A stretch of 64,000 nucleotides of DNA from Desulfatiglandales bacterium (GCA_963662465.1 OY759599.1:7616001-7680000); one strand, 5' to 3'. Shown: positions 31,303-42,205, counted from the stretch's first letter. Translations and numbers: made by a program. Notes: generated from the sequence alone by a model not told the origin.

Positions 31303-33111
31303 CGTAACGCCTCCCTGTTATTAGTCACAATTTTATAAATATGCAGGCGAACATCTTCACCCAATTTATATGCCTGTTTGCCCAACAACTTTTCATAGGT
31401 GAGGACGATCCAACCGCTAATTTTCCTACACAGTTTGTTGAGCCATTCATTTTCTTCTTGACGTGATTGTTGAAATCCTTCGCAGAGCCATGTTTCCTGA
31501 TGAGGTTTTAACTGTGAGCTCTTCGCTTGATATTGTTCGGTACAAACAGCCCGCACCGCCCACATTTTGTTAATAATTCGGTCCATTAAATCCTGTAAAC
31601 GATAATCACGCCCTTCTCTTATGTGTACATTGTTGTATTCTGTTTTGAACAACCTATGCAGCGCATCAAAGACCTCTCGATATTCGTGATATCGAAATGA
31701 TTCCCTGAAGAAATTCTGTTTGGGAAAACGGATTCCGCGCTTTTGTAAAGTTGGTGGGGCAGAATATAATAAATAATACCATTGATATGTATTGTTTAAT
31801 CCACTGATATTTTTTGGGTGTTCCCCACCATGACGGGTGACGGTCAAATTTGGTATGGTTGAAAATCCAGTTTGGGAATATTTATTATCTTTCCTTAATT
31901 TCTTTCCTGTATAAGCTTCCGGAGATCTTTCGTTAATAGTGTCTATTTTCTCTTTTACGGAAAAGACCAACGCCGATGGCGTCAGTAATGACAACGAATG
32001 ATAATCATCGCCTACCGGGAAATATATCTGCCGGACATACTGATTTGTTCTCACATCTTCATTGGCCATGCAGGCTGAAAAGTTCTCAATCCAGATTTTT
32101 GCTCTATCTTCACTAACGCCAAAAATTTGTTGAAATATTAAAAAATTCTTTGCTTTAATATATTCCAGCAACGGTTTTTGCCGATATTTCAACGATATAA
32201 ATTTAAAAGCTTTCAAATACTTTGCGTCGACATGCATATCAAAAACTACGTCAGAATTTCCGGTTCGAATGAAGCCATCCGATGATGAATTTGAAGACGC
32301 AAAAACCTTTGGGAACTTACATTCCGGGTTAGTCATCTTTGCTGGGTGACTGACGATGGCGCCGTGTGTGCTATCTTCAGAAATCTTGTCTATGGTTTCG
32401 CAAACACCGGCCATACATAAATTCAGACCTCGTTACGATGAATAAATAATCGGACAATGTGTAAAATATTTCCAGTAATATCAGCGTGTTGAAAAAACAC
32501 GAAAATTATGTGTAAAATTGGACGTTGGCATAAAACGTGCTTATATATGCAAGTATTTGAACTTACAATGTAAAAATTATTTCAAGGTTTTAATCTACCC
32601 TGATATTGTCCAAAAAAAGCGTCTAAAACTAACGAGGTCTGAAATTTGAATTTTCCAGTTCTTCTTGAAATAGCAAAAAAAACGCCAATGGCTCCGGATT
32701 GCATACTTTTGCTTTTTCAATGCATTTGCTGATCAGTTCTTGTTCTAACTGCAAGTCTTCCAGTAGCTCTGCAATTATCGGATGCCCGTCATCACAAGCA
32801 GATTTAAAGCTTCGTTTGTATAACACCTCCAAGGTTAAAAGCCGGAACAAATCTTCTTCACCCTGATTCGATGGAAAACATGCGCCTTTTAGGCCCTGTG
32901 ACAACACTTTGTTTAACCAAGTACCATACTCATATTCTTCGTTTAATTTCTTTTTGATATTTTCCCTGATTTGATTTCTTAATCGCTTTTCCTCTTTTTG
33001 GTCTATAAATTCATCTGAATCATCTTTGATTTTATCAAACTCACTATCGACAGATTCCTTCAAACGGTTTTTTAACAGCTTATCAATATGCTCTTTTAGC
33101 TTGTTTTCCAT
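31299..33111 (-). pseudogene. csy1: Cas8f (Csy1) split by a MITE (fragments 32629-33111 and 31299-32414)
   Basis: SHPAKMTNP, RQIYFPV..YH.L, GGEHPKNISGLN, LLYSAPP; removing the MITE plus one TSD fuses the fragments in frame (...ENSNLCMAGVCET...). Confidence 0.9.
32424..32641. mobile_element. 218-bp MITE
   Basis: Perfect 12-bp TIR CAGACCTCGTTA / TAACGAGGTCTG; 5-bp TSD AAATT at 32419-32423 and 32642-32646; AT-rich non-coding interior. Confidence 0.92.
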
Positions 33112-33120
33112 ATGCTCTCC

Positions 33121-36100
33121 TCAACCATCAACTTTTGTGACCAAACCAAACTGATCCGAATATTCGTACTCCTGACCCTCTCGATAAATGAAACTCAATT
33201 CTCCATAGCGAAGTGATATCGCTTTTTTGCTGCAATCTTGTTGCTCTGCATACTGTTCAAGCAATTTTTCATAGTCACGCTTAAGCCATAATCTATCCGC
33301 CTGGCTCTTGTTGAGGCGCTGATGATCTATTTGCAGAATATTTTGACGGTTAACAGGGTGGCCTTTCTCATCCTTTTCAATAAAAAAACATCTCTCTTCA
33401 TCTGTCTCATACATCAAAAACACCTTGGTGGTTGGCTCGCCTTTGCGAAATGGATTGAGAGCTTGCGGCAGAGCCGTCAAATGCCAGCTTTCCGCCAGAT
33501 AGCCTTGCAATTTTTCAGGCCCCACCCCATTATAATTGGCAAGCTGAATTTGAGTGACTTTATGTTCCAGATCGACCAGGGAATTTCGATAATTCAGACC
33601 ATTTGGTTTTTGAATGCGCGGGATGGCATTTACACTTTGTGCCATCGCCTTGGTATCGATCAGTTCGCACAAGTCATGCGTATCCAACACTTGTTTATCT
33701 TCATAACCCGGACGACAGAAGTATTTTTTGCCAGGCTGATTTCCATCTTTGATCGTCTTCCAGTTGTATTGCAGCAAGCCGATATTAGGATAATCCACCT
33801 CACCCTCACGATGCCGGCGAACACGACCTGCGAGTTGAATAATAGAACGGTAAGAAGATGGCTCGACTATGGCCCAGTCAAAATCATGGTCACGACCAAC
33901 TTCTTCCACCGGCGTGGCCACCACAACAAACACCAATTGTTCAGCTGTGCTGTTATCCAAATGTTCGCGTATTACGGCATTGCCAAAAACTTTTGCTTGT
34001 TCACCGGGTTTTTCTTTGCGTTTGAGAACACTATCCAAATGCTTTTCCTGCTCATGGCGCAAGAGCAATACTTGCTGAGAATGATAAGCCATCACCTTGA
34101 TATCAACATCATCCGGCCAGTCGCATTCCATTAGATTTTTAGCTGCATCGACACAAGGGGAGATATTGGCCACTCGTACAACACCAAATGAAACCTTGAT
34201 ACCTGTTTGCTTATCTTCGGTGTGGTGATGTCGGTGTTTGGTTAAAATAGCTTGCTGAATTCTGTCAAAATATTGATCCTGTTTGGTTCCCACACTGTCA
34301 AATTCGTAATCATCGACAATGCTTTGGCATTCGATGATGTCGGCTTTACGTTTTGCCGGTTGTCGGCTCAACTTCTCCACCCGCTTTGCAACAAACCGAT
34401 GGTGATCGTCGCGGTAAACTGCGATAGCAGCATGATTTTGACGTTCATCAATGCTTGTTACGACGGTTTTAAATTCATCTATCCAAGCACAGCCAATTTT
34501 GCTGCCGACATCACGGGTTTGGCTATATATTTGCCAGCCGGAACGGTAAGCATTAAAATAGCCTTCTGCCAAATCAGGTGGAATCGTAGCGGATGAAATC
34601 ATCACCTTGCGGCCCAACATTCCGGCAAGGTGGATTAAGCGGCCGATGGCAATCAGATCACTACCCGTAAAATCATCCACTTCATCAATGACTAAATCGG
34701 AAGACATCAGTCGTAAACTCGGCAATATATAACGGCCACCTCGCTTGGTTTCAGTTGCAGCCATCATATGATCGATGGTACACGCCAATACAGGCGCATA
34801 CAGAAACTGACGGTCGCGCTGTTGTTTGAGTACCGTTGCCAAACCTTCTTCCGGGATATCGCACCCGTAATCAACATCCTCATCCAACAATGAGTCCAGA
34901 GACTTAGAACCTAACGGCCTATCTTCTAAACATTCATTGTTTTGTCTTATCTGGTTATGAAGTTCTGTAATAGCTTTAGAACCGATTAGCACTGCCAAAT
35001 CACTGTCATCCAAACCAATGCGATCACGGTATTCATCTCCTGTTTGCAGCGTCAAAGTACGCAAGCCAAGTGCAAGGATATAGCGCAGGCTGTCGCCGTC
35101 CGATGATAAGGCCCGCATGACCTTGGCGTTGGCAAAGGTTTTGCCACAACCGGTACTTGCCATATTGACGGCATAGAAACCATATCGTGATTTGTTTTGT
35201 TGCTTCAGCCACGCCTTTATTTCTTCAACTGCTTTATTTTGCCAAGCAAATGCCTTTGGACTGGGCTTTTTGAGGGCAAGTATGCTTTGTGCTGAGGGCG
35301 GCTCATGTTCAAATTTCGATAACAAATGAGCAGTGCGCAGTGCGTTTTTCATTACCCCCACAAGGTGCTCATCTAGTTTTTGTTTGAAGGCCTTTGTTTT
35401 GTCCGTATTGGCGAACAATCCGGTTGTATCCATCCAGCTGTTATCTGCCGCTTGAGATGAATAGTAGTGGTCCCCCAGCATTAAACACAAACGGACATGA
35501 TGCAAAATCAAGCGGTAGCAGCCATTGCCCATAACTTGCTCAACACTGGGTAAACAATCTTGCAAGCGTTGCGCCCATTTTTTTACCAGCTTTAACCAGC
35601 GTGAAGACTGACTTAATAAACCGTTAGGGAATTCAAAGCAGGCATTGAATCTTTTTTGAAATCCTTGTTTGCCATCACGACGGTCTTCATAGCCCCAATC
35701 CAAGGTGATATATTTCAACACTGAATCCATATCAGGTGCAGGTTCGTCACGCCAATTTTCCTTGTCGTATGGCAAAGGCATTCTGTGGTGAGACAAAATC
35801 AACCAGAAAATCAATTTTGCCGCTGGGGGAATCTGTCCAAACGGCTTTTGGTCCTGTTGCTTTGCTGTCTTGCTTAAGCGAATGCCATCGAGTTCGCCAT
35901 TAATCAGCATTAACAACCAAGATTTATCATTATCTTGACTATCACTGGTTTTGATTAACGCTTGCAACAGAAGGCAGGAAATCCATTCGTGTCGAATGGG
36001 ATCAGCCAATCTGGAACAATTTTTCAGTTTTTCTTGGAACAATGCCGTGGCTTTTCCCCAGTCATGCAATAAGGCAGCAAGTGCTGCAAGCGATTTAATA

Positions 36101-36426
36101 AGGGGTAAATAATGCCAGTCATTTTCAAATTGAGGAATGCTCTTTTGTGTATAATTCACCGGCACCACACCCTCTTCGCCAAACTTGCTTTTATTCCCCA
36201 CCACCCATAAAAACTGGCTTCTGGAACGACTCCTGATCCAGTGGCAGGATACGGCGGTGCTTTTGCTGGCGGTTCGGCGCAGATTTTTTTTGACCGTTTT
36301 CAGGCCTTCTTCCGTGATGAGTGTTTGCCAGGTATTGTCGCCGATACGGTTGGCAAATGCATCAAGGACCCGCCTGGTTTTTTTGAGGGCTTTTTTTTCG
36401 CACTGGGAAACAAAGATTACCATCAT
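33121..36426 (-). CDS. cas3f: Cas2-Cas3 fusion helicase/nuclease (type I-F)
   Basis: N-terminal Cas2 (SQCEKKALKKTRRVLD), HD LLHDWGK, ASTGCGKT, DEVD, SAT, QLAGRVRRH. Confidence 0.97.
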   Translation of the reverse strand: MMVIFVSQCEKKALKKTRRVLDAFANRIGDNTWQTLITEEGLKTVKKNLRRTASKSTAVSCHWIRSRSRSQFLWVVGNKSKFGEEGVVPVNYTQKSIPQFENDWHYLPLIKSLAALAALLHDWGKATALFQEKLKNCSRLADPIRHEWISCLLLQALIKTSDSQDNDKSWLLMLINGELDGIRLSKTAKQQDQKPFGQIPPAAKLIFWLILSHHRMPLPYDKENWRDEPAPDMDSVLKYITLDWGYEDRRDGKQGFQKRFNACFEFPNGLLSQSSRWLKLVKKWAQRLQDCLPSVEQVMGNGCYRLILHHVRLCLMLGDHYYSSQAADNSWMDTTGLFANTDKTKAFKQKLDEHLVGVMKNALRTAHLLSKFEHEPPSAQSILALKKPSPKAFAWQNKAVEEIKAWLKQQNKSRYGFYAVNMASTGCGKTFANAKVMRALSSDGDSLRYILALGLRTLTLQTGDEYRDRIGLDDSDLAVLIGSKAITELHNQIRQNNECLEDRPLGSKSLDSLLDEDVDYGCDIPEEGLATVLKQQRDRQFLYAPVLACTIDHMMAATETKRGGRYILPSLRLMSSDLVIDEVDDFTGSDLIAIGRLIHLAGMLGRKVMISSATIPPDLAEGYFNAYRSGWQIYSQTRDVGSKIGCAWIDEFKTVVTSIDERQNHAAIAVYRDDHHRFVAKRVEKLSRQPAKRKADIIECQSIVDDYEFDSVGTKQDQYFDRIQQAILTKHRHHHTEDKQTGIKVSFGVVRVANISPCVDAAKNLMECDWPDDVDIKVMAYHSQQVLLLRHEQEKHLDSVLKRKEKPGEQAKVFGNAVIREHLDNSTAEQLVFVVVATPVEEVGRDHDFDWAIVEPSSYRSIIQLAGRVRRHREGEVDYPNIGLLQYNWKTIKDGNQPGKKYFCRPGYEDKQVLDTHDLCELIDTKAMAQSVNAIPRIQKPNGLNYRNSLVDLEHKVTQIQLANYNGVGPEKLQGYLAESWHLTALPQALNPFRKGEPTTKVFLMYETDEERCFFIEKDEKGHPVNRQNILQIDHQRLNKSQADRLWLKRDYEKLLEQYAEQQDCSKKAISLRYGELSFIYREGQEYEYSDQFGLVTKVDG

Positions 36427-37379
36427 AACGGCTTATCCTCCTTTCCCCGTAAGGCCAAACCCTTGACCTGATCAAACATCACATCCAGCGCTTTGTGATC
36501 GGTAAAGGCTTGCAGACATTGCCGACGGAATTCCTGTTCGGTTGCGTTTTCTTTGGCGCAGATAAATGCCCAGGGCAAAACAACGGCGTCTTTCACCAGG
36601 TCAGCGATATCAAACACCAGCGCGCCCCGTCGGGTTTTGCCGCGCATGACGGCAAAACCGTGGGGGATGCCCAATACCCAAAGCGCAGAGGCGGCCAGGC
36701 CGTAGGCGAGATAGTTGCCATGATTGAGAAAGCCGTTGGCCTTGTCTGTGGCATCGCGTTCACGGATAAAATCGGTCTTATGGGTATTCCGGGCAGCGAT
36801 TTTATAGAGCTGTTTGGTGAGTCTCGCTTCGATGGACAGCAGGTAGGCGGTTTTGGTTGCGGTGTCGATTTGGGCGTTACAGGCATCCAGCATTTCGGCG
36901 ATGGCGGGATCAGCCGCATCAAAACCCGCCAGTTTCAGCTCGCGGTCCTTTCGCCAGACCTGTTGTAAATAACCAATGCGGGCGTGTTGCAGTATCTTGG
37001 CGGATCGCAGACGCTGTTTTTCATCAAACCAGAAAGACAGCCAGCCTTGCAGGTATTCCGTTGGCCGGTATTCACTTTGCGGGGTCAGCCATTCAATATC
37101 ATTGCCCATGTAAAGCGGTGTGCCGCCTCCGCCGCAAAAGCCGATGAGTACCCCCGCTTGAGCCAGCATGCGCACGGCGGCCTGGGTAATGGAAGTCCCT
37201 GTACCCAAAAGTATTACAGTGGTATTGGCAATGGGGATGTTATAATAGAGATTGTTTTTTTTAGCTTCGGTGAGATATAGGACGCGGCCGTCTTTTTGCA
37301 TGACACGACAATGTTCCAGATAGTACATATTGGCCCGCTTTGAGTGTAAAATTGCCTTCAACTCTGTTAACGGTTCCAT
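36423..37379 (-). CDS. cas1: Cas1 (type I-F), catalytic His replaced by Arg
   Basis: LHSKRAN, NIPIANT, SEYRPTEYLQ, GNYLAYG, MRGKTRRGALVFDIAD. Confidence 0.95.
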   Translation of the reverse strand: MEPLTELKAILHSKRANMYYLEHCRVMQKDGRVLYLTEAKKNNLYYNIPIANTTVILLGTGTSITQAAVRMLAQAGVLIGFCGGGGTPLYMGNDIEWLTPQSEYRPTEYLQGWLSFWFDEKQRLRSAKILQHARIGYLQQVWRKDRELKLAGFDAADPAIAEMLDACNAQIDTATKTAYLLSIEARLTKQLYKIAARNTHKTDFIRERDATDKANGFLNHGNYLAYGLAASALWVLGIPHGFAVMRGKTRRGALVFDIADLVKDAVVLPWAFICAKENATEQEFRRQCLQAFTDHKALDVMFDQVKGLALRGKEDKPL

Positions 37380-37621
37380 CTTTTTATCCTCTTTTTATCC
37401 CGGTCTATTTTCCCTTAATCAAAAATGATAGCATTTTTAGCTTTGCAACGGTTTTAACGGAACAGCTCTTTGAAGTAAGAACAGCGTATGAAATAAAACT
37501 ATTTTTGCCTTGGGGCACGGCACTGCACCCATTTAAAAAATTTTCAACAACAGTGGTTTCGAAACTACTCCGCAATTAGATTGAAGTCAATAATTTCATT
37601 ATTACAAAATCTTCTTGACCG

Positions 37622-37921
37622 ATGGATTCTGTAGTGACGTATATGGAAATTATTCAGGGCGTTAGAAATAAAAAGGAACTCAATGCATTCAAAAAAGCAT
37701 TGGGAATTCTTAAGGCTCAAGTTATCAAAATTGATGAACAAATTTCTACAAAAACAATGTTCTATATTGAACAGTATGCATTGAGTCATTCAATGGAATT
37801 TGCGGATGCATTGATTGGCGCATGTGCCGTCACGAAGCAGACCCCGCTAATCACGGGAAACGAAAAGCATTATAAATATCTACCGGAAATTAAAATACAA
37901 AAGTTTAAAATTGAAAATTGA
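37622..37921 (+). pseudogene. VapC/PIN toxin fragment
   Basis: SVVTYMEIIQGVRNKKE...FADALIGACA...LITGNEKHY; N-terminal PIN Asp segment absent. Confidence 0.75.
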
Positions 37922-37947
37922 TGCTTGTATTCTCGGTAGAAGAAAAG

Positions 37948-38294
37948 GGCTCAACGCGGATTAACGTGAAAAGATGTTTCGCCACCAAGAAAAACCTCGG
38001 TGCATTCGTCATAAAGAATCGTATGTATTCGGAACCCGACGATCCCATGGTTATTTTTCCCACGCGGTAGGTCAGGGTGCGGCGCGTTCCGTTTTTTCCT
38101 CTGACGCTGTTAAATCCCAAATGGGTTGAAATCCATCAAACGACCGAAAAAACCCCAACGCGCCGTTCCCTGACTGACATTCTGGCATGAAAATTGAAAT
38201 TTCGAGGTAAAAATGTGAACGCGGGACAACCTGACCTACGGACCATACAACTTTTCCCCTCCGGGAATGTTTTCACGCCAATCCGCGATGAGCC
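37948..38294. mobile_element. 347-bp MITE with internal GTAG REP-like motifs
   Basis: TIRs ggctcaacgcggattaacgtgaaaa / ttttcacgccaatccgcgatgagcc; 8-bp TSD AAGAAAAG at 37940-37947 and 38295-38302. Confidence 0.88.
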
Positions 38295-38411
38295 AAGAAA
38301 AGCATTCTGCGCGCCGGTCCTTGACTATCTTTGTGTGACATGTTGTGTGTGATTTTGTGTAGAATGGAGATTTCAAATGGCCGCAAACCTGGCAATTTAA
38401 GGGGGAAATCA

Positions 38412-39215
38412 ATGAATTGCATCCAAACAAACAACATCGAAATTTCATATGATCTTTACGGCGCCGGTGAACCACTGGTCCTTATCGGCGGATTCGGCAT
38501 GACCAAAGAATTCTGGCGTCTTCAGGTTCCGGCCCTCGCGCCGCATTTCCAAGTCCTCACCTTTGATAACCGAGGCGCCGGTGAGAGTACGGTCCCGTCG
38601 GAAGCCTTTACGCTGGCAGACATGGCCTCGGACACCATTGCCCTCATGGACGCGCTGAACATTCCATCCGCCCATATTTTTGGGGTTTCAATGGGGGGAA
38701 TGATCGCGCAGCTCTTGTGTATGGATTATCCGGGCCGTATCAAGAAAGCGGTATTGGGCTGCACATCCCATGGGGGAAGACATGCAACGCAACCGGATCA
38801 AGGGGTCATGGCGGCACTGGCTCAGGCAGCCAATTCCGCCTTAACCCCTGAGGAAGCGGCCCGCCAATTGGCGCCATATCTTTTTTCTGAACCCTTTGTT
38901 CGTGAAGAAAAGGAACGTATCGAGGCTTTCATCCGTTTAAGCGTTGCAAACTGCATATCCGTTGAAGGCGCTGCCGGCCAAATGAACGCGCTTGGCTGTT
39001 TCAATGCGGAAACGCGGCTGGGAGAGATTCATTGCCCGGTTCTGGTTGTCGCGGGGGGCGGGGACCGTCTGATCCCACCGGAAAATTCCAGGTTTCTGTC
39101 GGAGAAAATTCCGGGTGCGGCACTTAGACTCATTCAGAATGCCGGTCACAATTTCTTTTTTGAGAAGTCCGATGAGGTGAACGAGATTTTGATTGATTTT
39201 TTTCTCAATAGATAA
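38412..39215 (+). CDS. Alpha/beta fold hydrolase
   Basis: DNRGAGES, GVSMGG nucleophile elbow, GGGD, AGH. Confidence 0.92.
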   Translation: MNCIQTNNIEISYDLYGAGEPLVLIGGFGMTKEFWRLQVPALAPHFQVLTFDNRGAGESTVPSEAFTLADMASDTIALMDALNIPSAHIFGVSMGGMIAQLLCMDYPGRIKKAVLGCTSHGGRHATQPDQGVMAALAQAANSALTPEEAARQLAPYLFSEPFVREEKERIEAFIRLSVANCISVEGAAGQMNALGCFNAETRLGEIHCPVLVVAGGGDRLIPPENSRFLSEKIPGAALRLIQNAGHNFFFEKSDEVNEILIDFFLNR

Positions 39216-39228
39216 TGTGAATTATGAC

Positions 39229-39261
39229 AAAAAAAAGCCGGCTTAAAAAAAGCCGGCTTTT
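39229..39261. terminator. Bidirectional terminator between convergent genes
   Basis: aaaagccggct-taaaaaa-agccggctttt flanked by A and T tracts. Confidence 0.75.
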
Positions 39262-39285
39262 GTAAACTCTAATCAGATCTGATTT

Positions 39286-41322
39286 CTAGGCGGCCTTCTC
39301 CAGCTTCACGGCGCACACCTTGAATTCAGGAATCTTGGCAATGGGATCATACGCGGGGTTGGTAAGGAGGTTGGCATTACTTTCGAGAAAATGAAAGGGC
39401 AGAAACAACACACCCGGATTCACCCGGTCCGTGACCGTGGTCCGGACTTTTACTTCTCCCCGTCGAGAGGTCAGTTTCACTTCATCGCCTTCTATAACGC
39501 CAAGCGTATCGGCATCATTGGGATTCAATTCCAGAAACCCTTCCCGAATTTCATCATCCAGGCGCGGACAGTTTCGGGTCATGGTGGCCGTATGATAATG
39601 GGCAAATACCCGCCCCGTGGTCAACCACATGGGATATTCCGCATCCACCACTTCCGCGGGCGGCTGATAGGGCAGGGCATGGAAAAGCCCCTTGCCCCGG
39701 GCAAAAACGTCCTTATGGAGAAATTTTGTCCCGGGATGTTCCCGGTTCGGGCAGGGCCATTGCAACCCTTCCCCTTCCAGACGATCATAAAAAATACCGC
39801 CGTAGGATGGGGTTAAGCCGGCAATCTCATCCATGATCTCCGCCGGCGACGCGTATTTCATTTCGTAACCGAAACGGGTGGAAAGTTCCTGAATAATCTC
39901 CCAGTCGACCCGTGCATCCCCCGGCGGCTCAATGGCCTTACGAACACGCGAGACACGCCTTTCCGTGTTGCTGAAGGTGCCATCCTTTTCAGCAAAACAA
40001 GACCCCGGCAGAACCACATGGGCCATTTGCGCAGTCGGGGTCAGAAAGATATCCTGAACCACCAGTAACTCCGCCTTGGCAAGGGCTTTCTTTACATGAT
40101 TGGTGTCAGGGTCGCTCTGTACCGGATTTTCCCCCATCACGTAGAGCGCCTTTACCGAACCGTCGCTGAGGCCATCCAACATGCCCGGAACCGTCAGTCC
40201 CATTTTATCGGACAATTGGGCATGCCAGGCATCGGAAAATTTCTTCTGAGCGTCAATGGTTGTTACGGGCTGATATCCGGGATAAACATTGGGGAGCCCT
40301 CCCATATCGCAGGCCCCCTGCACGTTGTTTTGCCCTCGCAGGGGATTTACCCCGGTAGATTCTCTCCCGATGTTCCCGGTCAGCATGGCGAGATTTGCCA
40401 ACGATTTCACATTGTCCACGCCGGTGGTATGCTGGGTAATGCCCATGCAGTAGATAATGGTGGCGGTTTCAGCGGTGCCGAAATATTCCGCAGCCTTTAT
40501 AATATCTTCCACCGGCACGCCCGTAATCTCGGCGGTTTTTTCCGGCGTATACTCTTCTATGACTTTCTTGAATTCTTCAAACCCTTCGGTGCGATTTTCA
40601 ATGAATGCCGGATCATGCCATTTTTGATCCAGTATGACATGCATCATGCCATTGAGCAACGCCACATCGGTTCCCAGATTATGGCGGAGATGTACGTCTG
40701 CTATGGAGGCCAGTTGAATTTTCCGGGGATCGACCAGCACCAATTTAGCGCCCTTCTGCTTGGCCCTGAATATCCGGGTGGCCACCAGGGGATGACTCGA
40801 TGTGGTGTTGGAGCCGATCACAAAGACGCATTCGGCATCCTTGATCTCGTCAATGGAATTGGTCATGGCGCCACTTCCAAACGCCGCAGCAAGACCTGCC
40901 ACGGTTGAGGAGTGTCAGAGGCGCGCGCAGTGGTCCACGCTGTTGGTGCCTACCGCAGCACGCGCAAATTTCTGAAGCAGGTAATTCTCTTCATTGGTTA
41001 CCTTGGCGGAAGTCAAAAACGCAATGGCATCGCTGCCGGCTGAATCCTTGATCTCTTTGAGTTTTGATACCGTATAATCAAGGGCTTCATCCCACGATAC
41101 TTCCTCAAGTACGCCGTTTTTTCGAATCAGGGGGGAAGTCAGTCGCTTGGGGCTCTGAATGAATTCATGGACATTCCAGCCTTTAATGCAGAGTTTTCCC
41201 TGACTGACCGGATTAGTCTTGCAGGGAATGGTATCAATAATTTGACCGTCAAGCACCTCCAGGTAAAAACCACATCCGCAACCGCAATAGGTGCAGGTGG
41301 TCAGCACGGTCTTATAGTCCAT
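39286..41322 (-). CDS. fdhA: Formate dehydrogenase alpha subunit, selenoprotein (678 aa, Sec at 40915-40917)
   Basis: CTYCGCGC...C cluster motif; DHCARL-U-HSSTVAGL joins two track ORFs in frame; SECIS-like gtggcaggtcttgctgc follows the UGA; LRGQNNVQG. Confidence 0.96.
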
Positions 41323-41343
41323 GAGTACTCCTCTCTAAATTTA

Positions 41344-42144
41344 TTAAACCTCAGTTCCGGCGCCCAGCATGTTCAAGGGAGATTTCCCCGTGGTGTATCC
41401 GGGACGGTACTGGAATTGGTCGTCAATAATATCCGCTACTTTTTTATACAATGTGCGAAGGGGAATATCCGCCGGGCATACCTCGTTACAGAGTCCGCAA
41501 TCAATGCACCGACCTACCATGTGGATGGCCCGTGTCAGATGAAAGACGGGGATTTCCGGGGGAATAGAACCCGTTGCCACCAAATTGTTGTCTTCCAACG
41601 CGCATTCCTTGCAAAAACACATGGGGCACACGTCCCGGCACCCATAGCATTTGATACAGCGGGAAAAAGCATCCTTCCAGTAGTCAAAGCGTCCCGCTAG
41701 ATCAAGGTTGTCAACTTTGAGTACGGAAAGGGCCTCAACCCCATCCGTTTTTTCCCCTTCCACGAATTCATCGGGAAACGGTTTCCGGCACTCGCAATAG
41801 GCCGCCAGCATGGGCGGACAGGCAACCCCGACTGTAACCACCTTTTCAGAATTCAACTGATTCCAGGTAAACAGCGCCTTCAACCCACGCTCATCACAGC
41901 CTCGCACCAGAACGCCGAAGGTCTCCTCCGGATACTTCGAGGCGATATGCATTAACTGTTTATTGAGCGTATATCGGGTGTCCCCCGGTTTTTCCCAATC
42001 CCCCACCACGAGATGATCCAGATCATTTTCATCGCAAAAAAGGTGGGGACCTATATGACCATATTTATTGCTAAGGCCCAAGAACCCTTTAATCTTTCCT
42101 GAACCGAGCAGTTCCTTGACCTTGTTTTTAACATTCTCACTCAT
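41344..42144 (-). CDS. FlxC/FdhB-like 4Fe-4S protein
   Basis: CIKCYGCRDVCPMCFC and HMVGRCIDCGLCNEVCP. Confidence 0.85.
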   Translation of the reverse strand: MSENVKNKVKELLGSGKIKGFLGLSNKYGHIGPHLFCDENDLDHLVVGDWEKPGDTRYTLNKQLMHIASKYPEETFGVLVRGCDERGLKALFTWNQLNSEKVVTVGVACPPMLAAYCECRKPFPDEFVEGEKTDGVEALSVLKVDNLDLAGRFDYWKDAFSRCIKCYGCRDVCPMCFCKECALEDNNLVATGSIPPEIPVFHLTRAIHMVGRCIDCGLCNEVCPADIPLRTLYKKVADIIDDQFQYRPGYTTGKSPLNMLGAGTEV

Positions 42145-42205
42145 GGAAATATCCTAACCCGGATTGCATATCCGGGAACAAATAGTATCGATTCCGCCAA
42201 CGGCA

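Noticed and set aside
32526..32542. Sigma-54-like TTGGCA-N-TGC motif in the csy1 MITE (similar one near 38182)
   Set aside because: Imperfect -12 element and no supporting context
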